A DNA stretch of 64,000 bases. It comes from Blastocystis sp. Blastoise (Eukaryota; Protista; Bigyra: Opalinata). This document shows, one piece after another, positions 13,860 to 27,530 of this stretch. Position numbers and translations under genes: made by a program. A model generated the notes under the pieces. It was not told the DNA's origin. It was given only the letters and a program-made list of their open reading frames with translations, and made no database searches. Location of the stretch: assembly GCA_039096225.1 (NCBI GenBank), contig JBBPEB010000021.1, positions 124,001-188,000 on the forward strand, written 5' to 3'. Within the stretch, counting starts at the first letter, position 1; each line of letters opens with the position of its first letter.

Positions 13860-16800
13860 TTATATGCTTGTAAATACTTCAAAATCAATTAAATCAAAGG
13901 TATTCTTCTTATCAGGTTGATTAGTATTAACAAAGAAACTATTACCTAATTCAGGATAAGGAGGAATATATACTGAATTCTTATCACATAAAAATTCGTT
14001 ACTACCGTTTATAAATTGATCGTCATCAGTCTTAGTTCTTAAATATATACCATTAAGAAATGCGAGTTCATATTCAGAATCATTACTCATTAATGCCCAA
14101 CTAGATTTTTTAGGATTCACAGCTAATTTAGTATTATTATATCCATGAGGATTTGTTAATGAAAATAAAAAGGCTTTTGAATCTGCTCTATATCCTGTAC
14201 CTTCTATATATATAAATATATATTAAGTTATTCAATATATATACCTCGAAGTGGATTATCCATATCACTATGATTCTTTCCCCAACCAACACTAGTATAT
14301 CCTCCAAATATATACGATTGACCATCTTCTCCTTTTCCTTGTATAATCACTAATGATTCTTTATCATCACATTTCTCATGCCATTTCTTTACACTCCTAT
14401 TCTCATCAGAACATCTATATATAATAATATTAAAATAAATAATAATAATAAAACATACCTATATGATAATTCCCATTCTTTATCTTCCTTAAACCATTTA
14501 TTTAACTCTATACGCGTTTCTTCATTAATAAGAATTGAATTTTGTAAATTTAAATTAGAATTTGATATTAATTCATATACTTCGTATTCTTCAACAGTAA
14601 AATAATTATTCTCTTTTGGTTCAGCTGTATTCACAAATAAAGATGTAGATTGAGGAGTATTATGATGAGCATAATAGCAAGTATGTCCATTAATATAACT
14701 AAAGTTATTGTTATTGCAATCATCTTTAATACATATATCCATAAAATCAGGACCATGATTCTTGTCCCAATATAATGCATTGAAAGGATCCAATATATCA
14801 TATTTAGTAGGAGGAATATCATGTTCATTACTTAAAGTAAATAAGAAAGACCCACTGTCATATTTATATTCTATATATAGAATCATTTATATTAAGTAGT
14901 ATTATATAAATATATACCTTTTTCTTTTCTAGATTCCCAATATTGAGTAGTATATCCTCCAAATATATTAATCTTATCATCATGACCTATATGCTTAATA
15001 ATAGTCACAGTAGGACATTTATTATCACAATATTTATGGAATTCACTTGCTTTATATTTATGTTCACTTGCTCTATAGATATTAATATACATAAATAATA
15101 ATAATATAATTATACCTAAACGATAATTTCCATGGTTTTTTATTTCCAAACCAACTATTAAGAATATTTATATAGCTAGTATATCCCTTCAAAATAACAC
15201 TATCAGCAAAATTTGCCTTTACAGGACTAGAATAAAGATTTGGCAAATTATTAATTAGATTATGAGTATTTAAATTCGAAGACTTTGAAGAATTATTCAT
15301 TTCTGTTTTATTCGAAGAAATATTTTTCTCTGTATTATTTATTTTATCTACAATGTCTCTTACTTGATCATGAGTAGAATTTTTAGTATTACTATCTTCC
15401 AAAATAGGGAGATCATTAGAATAACGTTGTTGATAATCTAAAGTATGTTCTTCAATCTTTTCGTTGATATAATTAGTATCATATTTCATTGGCTTATTAT
15501 CATCAGCCAATTTATTCATACTTTCTTTTACTTCTTTAATATCTTCAATAACTTTATTCATGTTTTCTTTTATTTCCTTATTATCATTAGCCATCTTATT
15601 CATATTATCTTTTAGTTGTTTATTATCATTAGCCATCTTATTCATACTTTCTTTCATTTCTTTATTATCATTAGCCAATTTATTTATACTTTCTTTTACT
15701 TCTTTATTATCATTAGCCAATTTATTTACATTTTTTTTCACTTGTTGAATATCTTCAATAGCTTTATTCATCTTTTCTCTATTATCATTAGCAACTTGAT
15801 TTAAGCTTTCTTTCATTTCTTTATTATCATTAGCCAATTTATTCATATTATCTTTTATTTCTTTAATATCTTCAATAACTTTATTCATGTTTTCTTTTTC
15901 TTCTTTATTATCATTAGCCATCTTATTCATATTATCTTTTATTTCTTTTGTATCTTCAATAACTTGATTTACGCTTTCTCTATTATCATCAGCCAATTTA
16001 GTCATACTTTCTTTTACTTCTTTAATATCTTCAATAACTTCATTAATGTTTTCTTTTTCTTCTTTATTATCATCAGCCAATTTAGTCATATTATCTTTTA
16101 CTTCTTTAATATTTTCAATAACTTGATTTACGCTTTCTCTATTGTCATTAGCCAATTTATTCATATTATCTTTTACTTCTTTATTATCATCAGCCATCTT
16201 ATTCATACTTTTTTTTACTTCTTTAATATCTTCAATAACTTGATTTACGCTTTCTCTATTATCATTAGCAACTTGATTTAAACTTTCTTTTTCTTCTTTA
16301 TTATCATTAGCCATCTTATTCATACTTTCTTTTACTTGCTTAATATCATCAACCACTTTATTCATACCACATTTTACTTCTTTATTATCATCAGCCATCT
16401 TATTCATATTATCCTTCATGATCTTAATATCAACAGCAGCTTTATTGTCATTCTCTTTCAGTTTTTTATGATCATCAGCCAATTTATTTACACTTTCTTT
16501 TACTTGTTGAATATTTTCAATAGCTTGATCTAGACTTTCTTTTGACACAAATGATTTATCAGCAGCATCTTTTATAAATTTCAGATCACTTTTCATTTGA
16601 TAAATAGCATCATTCTGTTTTAAGACTATATTTTTCAATTGATTATTATCATCATTCTGTTTTAAGACTATATTTTTCAATTGATTACTATCATCATTCT
16701 GTTTTAAGACTATATTTTTCAATTGATTATTATCATCATTCTGTTTTATGACTATATTCTTCAATTCATCGATCACACCATTCTGTTTCATTACTATGGT

Positions 16801-17400
16801 TTTCAATTCATCAATATCACTACTTAACTTCTTCACATCACTTTTTTGTTCATCAAACGCCCTTCCTAATTGAACATCATTTTGATTACCTTGTTCTATA
16901 CCAACCGACATTGTATTTAGATTTTCATTAAATTTAGTCAGAATTCCAGTAACTGTACCCATCTTTCCATTCATTTCATTAATTCCATTCTTTGTGCATA
17001 TCACATCATCAATAATACCATTGGAATCAATATTTTCAGCAGAAAAATCATTTAATCTCTTCAATAAATTATCAGGAGCTTTAACCATATAGTATTCAAA
17101 GTCTTCTTTCAATTCTTCAAGCTCTTTTTTCGACTTCAGATCAATATTAATTGGCTTTCCATTCATATGCTCAATAATCAAATCAATATTTCGATCATTC
17201 TGTACAATACATAAACCATTCTTATCAGGATTTGGATTATCTAGCCACAAATGATAAAAGCCACTATCATACCAGAAGTTTTCCAACTTTTCTATAGAAA
17301 TGCCGCAAAACTTGCCATTATTTCCATGAAATACAACATAGCCCTTTTCGACAAAAGAGTATTTACTCATTTGTTTCTCTTTTTTTTCATCACGAACCAT
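13860..17400 (-). CDS. BTB/T1-like domain + long repeat-built coiled coil + two tandem TLDc domains
   Basis: Large first exon starting MVRDEKKEKQ. First TLDc: WKLSFR|ASEHKYKASEFHKYCDNK...IFGGYT...FLFTL...EEYEVY. Second TLDc: WELSYR|CSDENRSVKKWHEKCD...IFGGYT...AFLFSL...DFEVF. Splice phases are consistent. Confidence 0.85.
15490..16800 (-). repeat. Coding tandem repeats (42-bp/14-aa units mixed with 33-bp/11-aa units) forming the coiled coil
   Basis: NQLKNIVLKQNDD(N/S) occurs about 3-4 times, plus many NK(M/L)A(N/D)DNKE(V/I)K(E/D)(S/N)M and DNRESVNQVIE variants. Confidence 0.9.
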
Positions 17401-18131
17401 TTCAATTGTTCTCACTTTAAAAAAAATATGTAAAAAATCATAGAACAACTTTTTTTACTAGAATTTTTTTGAGGAAGTATAGTGATTGTCTCTTTTTCTG
17501 TCATTGCTTTCCTATTCATAAATAAATAACATAACTATTTTTTTTTTTATAAATTAAAACTGATTTTATAATATTCGAGATTTTTCTATATAATTAGCTA
17601 GTATAAGAAAACTTGTTACGAATTAGAATAATTCTTCAAATCGTTTTTTCTTTTACTTTTTTTTTAGTTTGGTTGGATATATTAAATTACATATATTTTA
17701 ATTGTCTTGTTTAACACTCAAACTATAAAAACAGACATATATATAAAGGCATATACACTGGTAGGCATTTTCACGGATATCAAAAAAGCGACAAATTCGA
17801 AAAAGTAAACAAAAAATTTTAAGACACTTTTCAGTCATAGCGAATAGAGTGGCCAAAAAATAGACTAATTTTGTCGGGTATGTTGTTTGTTTTCATTCGT
17901 TCAGAATTCTTTTAGAAACGTCATTTTTTATTTATTTATCGTTGTGTGAATGATAATAAAAATATATATAACAAAAGAAAATAGATAATAATAAAAAAAT
18001 AATAACAATAATAAAGATAATAAAATAATAATTATTTATAATATTTTTGAGTAATTTGATATCATTTTGGATCACTTTATATACATAAATGATAGAAATG
18101 ATAATAATATAGATAACATATAAATATATAC

Positions 18132-18538
18132 CTTTATATATCACTTGTAGAATACCCCTTGAAGAAAAACCACAACTATAAAAATATAATTTATAAAAAT
18201 AAATATATTATAATAATATACCTTCAACCACCAAACAGACTAGACCAAGAGAAACCTCATGAAGGACCTAGAACCTATATAAAAATAAAAGTAGTTAATT
18301 TTAAAAAAATAAAATATAATAAAATACCTTCAAAACCAGGGAGTTGTTAACCAAGGAGACCGACAACAACACCTGAACCTATAGAAGATGATAATAATAA
18401 TAACAAAGAGAATGCTAAAAATATATACCTTTAATAGCACAAGATTTCTAGTTACATAGACCCCACAACTCAATGTTTAACTTTAAAGAAGAAGACCAAT
18501 TAGGACCTATTTGAATCTATTTGGATAGACCATGAAGA
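18132..18538 (-). pseudogene. Small intron-containing pseudogene or spliced non-coding locus inside the TIR element
   Basis: Four exon-like GC-richer blocks (18538-18429, 18378-18328, 18274-18222, 18175-18132) have clean AG/GT ends, but the first has stops in all three frames. Best frame: IQIGPNWSSSLKLNIELWGLCN*KSCAIKGSGVVVGLLG*QLPGFEG. Confidence 0.55.
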
Positions 18539-19369
18539 CTATAAAGTTTAAGGCAAATAAAAAATATTATATACATCTTATAATATATAAAAAATATCTG
18601 AAAAATAAATAAAAATAAAAATAAATATGTGAAAATATTAAATCTTAAAAATAAAGAGAAATTCCCCCTTATAAAATCTTTTTTTCTATAATAAAAGTTT
18701 GTGTAAATTCGTTGTTTCCAGGGGTTAAAACATTTTAAAAATTTCCCTTTTTCTCTTTTATAAAGTCTATTTGAATTTTTAATTGATATATAAATGTTAT
18801 ATGTGTACATTAAGCTTAATTATTTAATTATAACAGATTTCCGGACTTAATTAAACAAGAAAATTGTTATTTTAATAAACTATAATTACAATTAAATATA
18901 TTTGTTAGTTATTTTTATATAATAGTATTTTATTTATAATAAGAATGCAATAGAGAATCAAAAAATATATTTAGTATAGCTATTTATGAAGATACAATTT
19001 ACAATTGGCAACTTTTGTTTTATAATATGTTTTAGTTCAACGAATCATATATTATTATTAGTGAATAAATAAACTGAGAATGTCTGAGAGATTCTTAAGT
19101 TGTTTTAGACATTATAAAGAATATCATAAAATATAAATAGAAACTGTATTTATGTTAAACTCCTTTTTATACTATTCTAAAAGAATTCTTTTAAAATAAT
19201 CTTATTCTTAATTATCTACAAAAAAAAATGTATATAATAAATAAATATAACACAATAAAAACAGATAAAATAAATATTAAATAATATATATAAATATAAG
19301 TAACATATCATTATAATACATATAATATGTATATGTAAGGAGCTTCTTTCTATCCTATATATATATATG

Positions 19370-19383
19370 ACTATAAAACTATG

Positions 19384-19420
<37 letters not shown>

Positions 19421-22386
19421 ATAAAGAGTAGATTAGTTGCGGCTGTGGGTATACCTGTTCTTTAAGGAGTATGAGAGAGTAATATATAGGGAGAAAGGAA
19501 AGGAGGATACTAGGGATATAACGAGAAGAGTTAAGGAATAGAAAGGAAGGGAGAGACACTATGAAGGGATAGAATAAGATAAATAATATAATACAAACTA
19601 ATAAGTATAATAACTATTATATACAGGATACATAATAACCATGCTTCTGATAATCATGGTTATCAAGGAGAGACATAAAACGCTGGTATTATAGGAGGTA
19701 TATAGTAAGTATATATATATTGATGTATTTGTGGTTTATAAATATATAATGTCATATCTATCATATGTATAGCATTTTAATATCTATATATACATTAATT
19801 ATAAATATAAAATAGTTAATACTATGTATAATATTTTATATCAAAAGTTTTATAGTGTATAATTAAATATACAATTGAGAAATACTGGAGAAGTAATATT
19901 CCCCGCGATTAATGATTCATAAGAGAACACCCACAATAATATTGGAAGATGAAGAAGGAGAAATACGGAGAACTGTATATAACCACGGGGATAATTAAAT
20001 ATATCCTATAAAATATTTAATAAGAAGATCATGTGATGTAAGTAGCTGACAGCAGGATTCACACATCCATAGAATACATAGATTCTATATAATAATATAA
20101 TAGTAATATATAATAATATATAAATTCTATATTATAGTAATAGTAAAATATATAATATATAGATTCTATAAAAAAATAATAATAATAAATATCTATATAT
20201 ATATATAGATATATATATAGCATACATAAGGGAAGTACATGACTATAGAGCTATATATTCCTTTATATTTATAAATTATTTCTAATGCTTGTTATGTATA
20301 TTTATGTTTATGTATATATATTAAGGAATGAATAAGAAGGAAGAATAAGAGGGATACGAGGTAATAAATAAGGATGAGAAGGAGTTAAGAGCGTATCTAT
20401 ATATAATAATAATAATAATATATACATATATATACAATTTAAATCTTTATTTTTTAACTGGACAAATACATATCAATTTATATATATATATATAATTCTG
20501 CACAATAACTACATTCAGATGCTAATATAATTATTTATGTTTGTGATATAGGGTTTCATAAACTATATATTTATAAATATAAATAATAATTATAATTATA
20601 ATAAATATAATAATAATAATAATAGATATAATAATAATAATAAATATAATAATACTAATAAATATAATAGTAATAAATATAATAGTAATAAATATAATAA
20701 ATATAAATATAATAATAATAAATATAATAAACATAACAATATATACCTTTTTTATTAGGTTCAAAATTAAATCCAAAATCTCTACTGGCAACTCTCATTC
20801 TCCCTCCAGATCGAGGAGGGGGAAGTGGGGGTAATGCTGATGATGATATATTCAATTTATTATTATTATTATTATTAATATTATTATTATTATTCTTTCC
20901 TTAGTAATAATATTATTATGATGAGAAATAGCTATTCTATCTTTATTAGTAGGAGTTAATAATATATTATTAGCACAATGATTATTATGTATATCATAAG
21001 TATAATCAATACAAGTATTAAGATCTGAAGATTGTAACTTTAAGTTGATTTGATTGGTTATCGTTGAAGATAAATGTGCGGATAACGTTCTGTTAACATT
21101 CTGAGGAATAATATTTTTTATCATTATTATCATTAGTATTATTATTAGTTTAATCATTATTATTTTCAAATAATTCACCATTACTAATACTATTGATTCT
21201 CTTTAGAGGAATAGGAGAAGTACTTTTCGATATAGGAGATATTTCTATATCATTATCTGCTTCTTATATATAATGTCCATATTAATTGGACGTATTTCAG
21301 AGAATGAAGATGAATTTCCTTGTGTAGTAGTAGTATATATTTCATTTCTTTCACCATCAAATACTATTTCATTACTATTATTGACTTCATAAGGAGAAAT
21401 TGATGTAGATGAAGGCATAAGAGTAATAGAAGCTTTTGGAAAAGGTATTTCAGAATCATATTCTAAGGGCTCTAAAGAATTTCTATTTGAACCAGAAAGA
21501 TGATGAGAGAAAGAATGTATATTACTATTAGTAGTAGTATCAACATATAATTTATTATTATTTATTATAATATTATATGATATAGGAGGAGGAGAAGCCG
21601 AATTCGATATAGAACTATCTACAATAAGTGACGAAACACAATCATTATTTTCATGATAACTACTATTTGAGTTTTGTTTCATCAGATGGTGTTGACTATT
21701 ATATTGTAAATTCGAGAGAGAAAGAGGAATAGAAGAAGGTGAAGTTGCTGATCAAGATGGAGGTATATATGTAGATGTACCTATATGAGTAGAAGGAGTA
21801 GATATACGTATTGATGAAGGATAAGAATGGCCTAATAATTTATTACCTATTATATTATTATTATTATTTATAGAAGATACAATAGGCATATTATTATTAT
21901 TATTATTATTATTATTAGCATTAGTATTAATACTATTCATACTAATTTTCTTTTCTAAGAATAATTTATGTATTACTTCTGGTTTATAGAAAGGAGTTAA
22001 TATATAGAAAGCATCAAGTAATGTAAAGGTAAATAATTGTTGTATTATATAAGGATTTGAAAAAGATGGAGTTAATAAAGAAAAATAAATTTCTATTATC
22101 ATTTGTATAGATGCAGAATCTATATAATATTAATAATTATTAGATATTATAAATATTAAAAAAAATGAAATTATATATATATACCTTTATGACATATATT
22201 GTCTAATATATATATCTCTTTGCCACCTCTGTAACATCTTAATATATACCTCATCTGATATATGGTCATCCACCAAATTATCTAAAGCCTTATCTATTTA
22301 TATATATATAGGTAAGTATAATAATAATATATAAGTATAATAATATGTATAATAATATGTATAATAATAAGTATAATAATATGTAT

Positions 22387-22424
<38 letters not shown>

Positions 22425-22866
22425 AATATATATACTTCTTTTAATATCTAAAGATAATGTTGTTAAATAGCCAGTCAATTTATCTTGATCATCTCTATAT
22501 ATAATATTATATACAAATATACATAATCATATATATATACAATTTAGTTAAAGCAGCAAGATAAAGTAATAGAATATCTTTAAATAAAAAAATATTATCA
22601 TCGTTTTCATATCTTAAACATTTATATATATAATCACATATTTTTGTATCCATATAATTAGTAATATGTATAATATCATATATAAAGTTGATAATAGAAC
22701 CATATTGTTTTGTTATTGTAGTATCTGCAGAATTATTACGATATATATATATATATCAAATAAATGTGTTCCTTGTACTAACATATATATTATGGAAACA
22801 TCCTATATATTATTACTATTATTTTTAATATAATAATCTTTATTAAATAATAATAAGAATTAATAA

Positions 22867-22897
<31 letters not shown>

Positions 22898-24070
22898 GTA
22901 ATAATAATATGTATATACATTAATGAGTATATCTGGATAGTTCTTATATAATAATATATAGATCATAAATGGGTTTTGAGAGGTAGCCAATATTTTATAG
23001 AGATTCGGAGTAGATATAACTACTGTCTGATAATATTCACAATATAACCTATATATATATAGTACAATATATATTCTATTTAGTATAGTATATAAATATT
23101 ATAATATAATATTCTGTTATATTATATATTATAATAATATGATAAATAATAAATAAATATATATATATATACTTAATAGCTTGAAAGTTGATTTTATGAA
23201 ACATATAAAAGCATAAAATAATGATTAATAAATATTTTTATATAAGAACCCTTTTCTTTATCTTTCATAAATGTAAAGAAAAAACAATACATTATTTTCT
23301 ATATAAATAATAATCATATAGTACATATTAGTATATATAATAAATATAATAATAATATATATATATATATACAAATAATGGTATAGTTGTAGAATCTCTT
23401 TATTCTCACAGCATAAGTTAATATATAAGGATAATGTAGTATCATAATCTTCAATAGATATATATTGAGTAATAAAATGAGAAAATAATATATTATTTAT
23501 ATATATATATCTAATGATAAATATAATACAGTAGAAGCACAAAATAATGTACGTGTCTATATATATATATAATTAATATTAATCTAATTATTATTTAAAA
23601 AATAAAGAAAAATAATATAAGAATAATAAGAATAATAATATATAAATATACAAGTAATTGAACAGATTTAATAAATGAAGAAACTAGATAATTTCCCTAT
23701 ATTTGGGTTTTTATAAATATCAATAATATAATGTTTTCCAGGGATGGGAGGATTTGGTTTCTCATAGGGTAATAATGGATTCAATAAACATAAGCAATAA
23801 ACATTATGTAAGTAGGCAAAGAGGAAAGGAAATAAAGTAAATAATCGAGAAGATAAAGAGAATAGAGAGGCAAAGAGACTGGGTCTATAGAAGAAGTATT
23901 ATTAGAATAATATGTATATTAATATATATAACAATAATAAGTATAAAAATAATAAAAATATAATAAAAGAAGAATAGTAATAAATATATATATGTTGATC
24001 TTCAGTAGCTGTAAAACAATCAAAATATATATATGTACAAATATAGTAATATTGATAGAATGATTCAATC

Positions 24071-24108
<38 letters not shown>

Positions 24109-24663
24109 GGACATACCATTTTAATTTGAAAGAATATTACCAACAATCGGATTTGTAAATGGGATGAAAAATTAATATTCTATATATAATATAATAAGAT
24201 TAGCATAAAATAATATAGAATTAAGATAAATAAAAATTAAATAAATATTTTTTATAGGAAAATAAAAAAAAAGAAAAATGTTAATGCAAACGAAAAAAAA
24301 TATATACGATATTTATATACTGTTGATAACATATTGAGTTGTTGTTTGACATTGATTTGAGTTAGTAGAACCAAAAAAAAACCTAAAAAAAATTAAAAAA
24401 AAGAAATGGAAAAAAATATCTTACCAAATAGATAGATAACAACAATTCTTTTTGACAAACACTTCTAATAATGACTAAGGAGACTGTTTGAATGCAGACG
24501 GGAAGCCAGAATCAAGAACCTAAAAGAATTATATAAAAAAATAGGAAATATTCAATAAATAAATTATGATATAATATATACCTGTATGGAAAACACCTAA
24601 GATATGCATAGCAGTCACTAGATCTGCTTGTATGCAACAAATTAAAAATAAAGATAAATTCAT
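19370..24663 (-). pseudogene. Large multi-exon pseudogene, possibly derived from a PXA-RGS-PX-Nexin_C sorting nexin (SNX13/14/Mdm1-like)
   Basis: Many GT-AG bounded exons with in-frame stops and frameshifts, e.g. the stop at 21752 and shifts near 21700, 21260, 23510 and 23815. Fragments loosely resemble RGS (LSLDIY..NNILFSHFITQY) and Nexin_C (ALDNLVDDHISDEVYIKMLQRW; FSNPYIIQQLFTFTLLDAFYILTP). The pseudogene call is much firmer than the family call; boundaries are approximate. Confidence 0.6.
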
Positions 24664-27530
24664 ATTTAAAGTCAATTTTTTAGTCAAATACTAAAAATTT
24701 TCATAAAAATTCATTTTTAATTTTTTTTTAAATTTTTATGACTCAATACTAAAGTAACAAGTTTTAACAATTATATATTACACTATTGACACAACATTAT
24801 TGTATCCCACTACTTTCAGGTTTTAAAAAATTACTCATTTTTGTTGACTCTCTGATCTGTTGACTAACTTGTCTAAAAACTATTAATTCTGGCATAAAAC
24901 GTTTTTATAATACATAATTCACTCTCAAAACAACTTTTTAAAAGACTTTTATTTGATTCTGAGGAAAACTTGTTTTTTTAGAAGTTTTGACATACTCTTT
25001 GTATGCGGAACTTTAAGTCATGATAGAATAAAATAAAAAAAGTCTTTTAAAATTCTTATGTCCTCTGATATATAATAAAATAAAAATAGACTCAGTTTTG
25101 AACAAGAAAAATATTCCCGTAAATATTTTAAAAATTCAAAACTCTGGTCTGACTGCCCATGGAACAAATAGGCTCGGCTCAATTTTTCAGTGTAAAAAAA
25201 ATATAAATTTTTGACTTTTTGGCTGAATTTTGGTTCTGAGCCATAGAGGTCTTTTTATTCACTTTTACACATACTTGTGACTTTCAGAGGGTCTTCACTT
25301 CAAACACAACTATAAAATATTTTAAAATATTGACCCCATTATTTGTCGGAATTGCGACTTTAAAATAAATAAAAACGTTTTGGATATTGTGTGACCCACT
25401 GTAAACAAAAAATAATGTCAATTTTTTATTAAAATATGTCTAATAGGGTTTTTAAAGTCTAATAAAACGTCGTCTTAAAATTTTTGTGAAAATTTTCATT
25501 TTTTTGCCTAAGTCTTTTTTTTATTCAAATTTTATTGGCTGAATAAGTTCTGAACGAAAATTAGCCAATCAAAAACCTTAAAAAACTCAAAAGTGCCTAC
25601 CAGTGTATACACAAAGAACATATCTAAAAACAGCTCGATTTACAACTCAAGTTTTTGAATTAAAATAATATGTATTCATATCAATAAATTTCAGATTATG
25701 ATTCCATAGTGATTATGAAATGCGTGTCCAAATTTTGTATAATTTAGATAATTGTTAAAAAAATACTTAGAAAAATGTTATTTATTCAGAGTTATATACT
25801 TTTTTGAATTGCTCATATGAAATAAAAAGCAAGAACCATTAGAACAGCTACAATTTTTTGATTTTTAAAAATGATCATTAAGTCAATTGCATCTTACTAT
25901 ACAAAGTATCGTTTGATATAATGTAGAAATAAAGTCGAACATTGTAACATATATCAAATATAAAAATCTTTGATTAAAATAGGAAACCAATCCATTTTGT
26001 ACTATATAATACCAATATCTTATTGAATTTTGATTAAAATATATGCGTAATTCATGAATTTCGATAATAATCAAAATGAGATGAAAAAGATATTCAATAA
26101 CATACACAAAAACGGAAAAAATCTTTCATTTGTTATTAAACCAGTTTGAAATCATCTATATAATTATATTAGTATTTTCTGAATTTCTAGCAACTATTCA
26201 TAGAATTTCTAATTATTTTTTAAGATATATAATGAGTTTGAAGATCATCAAAAAAAGTAAATTGTAAAAAGTTCGTATAAAAAATGCATATCATCGTTTA
26301 ATAACCGTTTCTGTGTCTGGTGATTTATAGCAAATATTTTATCCAGAAATTTTTAAATAATGAATTAGTTTTATATATGAATAATACATTGAATGCTAGT
26401 TTATCATTAAAGTATAGATGCAGTGGCAGTTTTAAAAAGATTCCATATACATTTAAATAAAATAAATGTAAGATTCAACGAAGAACTACTAGGAAAAACG
26501 ATATTTTTTTATGTCGATATCTTATTATGCTTAGTTATATTTTGAATAAATGTTTAGACTTATAAAATATGCATTATATCCATAGATTAGAATAAAAAGA
26601 GAACAATTAGATATGGAATTGATTGTTACATGATAAAACCTTTTTAAAAATGTACATTGATGGCTTTAGTATATAGATATGAAAAAATTATTAATTTTAA
26701 ATTTATAGTATAACCATATTAATGTAAATAATAATTCTTATTTGCTTTTAATTATAATTCGTTTTTTTTATATCTTAAGAGATTTATAAACAAACAAGTG
26801 AAAGACTATTATTGCTTCTAGTCAGTTAATATACAAAATATAGCTAAGTTTTATTTATTCTCCTATATTAGGATCGTTGCTATATCTTTGCAAATGATTT
26901 TCATGATACATATATCAAACATTACACAAAATACGTTCATTTCATATCATTGTAGTATTATAACAGTTCTTTCCTATTGTGAAAATATACAAGATACTTA
27001 TGCATATAACAGGAACATATTTAATTAAATAATATATAATTTTACTCAACACTTTCAATTTACTTCTAGAATTATAATTTAAGTTCCTAGAGAGTATTCA
27101 TTTATTTCTGTTGAAGCTACAAAGCTCATATTTCTTATTAAGAATCCTAACATACTAAAAAAAGGGAATTAATGAACCAAGAATTATTATTATCATCAAT
27201 TTTGTGCTTAAATACGAATCCATATTGTGTTCCTGTATCTAAAGGAATACTTAAAATGTTCAAAACTCATTTCAAGAGAGATATAGAATCAAATAGTAAT
27301 CAATGAATAACATTCATGAATATGTTTGATTTCTTTACATATTTTCAAAATATCTTCGTGAATATTTTTCTTTTGAACTAACAAGTTTTATTCTTTTCTT
27401 TTCTAAATGATTCATTTTAATTATTTGATATTATGGTCATTAAAAGAGTATTTTTATATTATTTATTTATATTTCTATCTTTTGAGTATACTAATACAGG
27501 ACATTCTGTCATTATAGTTAAATTTAAGTA

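Larger units (their letters stand above)
17756..25605. mobile_element. Putative non-autonomous TIR DNA transposon (Pack-type), 7.85 kb, carrying decayed host genes
   Basis: Left end TATA|CACTGGTAGGCATTTT (17756-17771) and right end AAAGTGCCTACCAGTG|TATA (25590-25605) are a 15/16 inverted match. Two more inverted subterminal pairs: TTCGTTCAGAA (17896 / 25548) and CAAAAA(A)TTTTAAGAC (17810 / 25472). No transposase ORF was seen. Confidence 0.7.

Noticed and set aside
17828-17925. Possible box C/D snoRNA on the minus strand (ATGACG...CTGA...TTCGCTATGACTGA), with ~9 nt complementary to an LSU rRNA word as I recall it
   Set aside because: Box C is imperfect, the guide is short, there is no terminal stem, and the region is better explained as the subterminal arm of the TIR element. 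A snoscan/Infernal run would settle it.
18132-24663. Alternative genetic code or stop-codon readthrough to explain in-frame TAA/TAG/TGA
   Set aside because: All three stop types plus frameshifts occur, only inside the TIR-bounded segment. Genes outside translate with the standard code and end in TAA, TAG or TGA.
24781-25195. Other TA|CACT or CAGTG|TA words (24781, 25188) as alternative element ends
   Set aside because: They match the TIR over only 4-5 bases, versus 15/16 plus subterminal motifs for the 17756/25605 pair.
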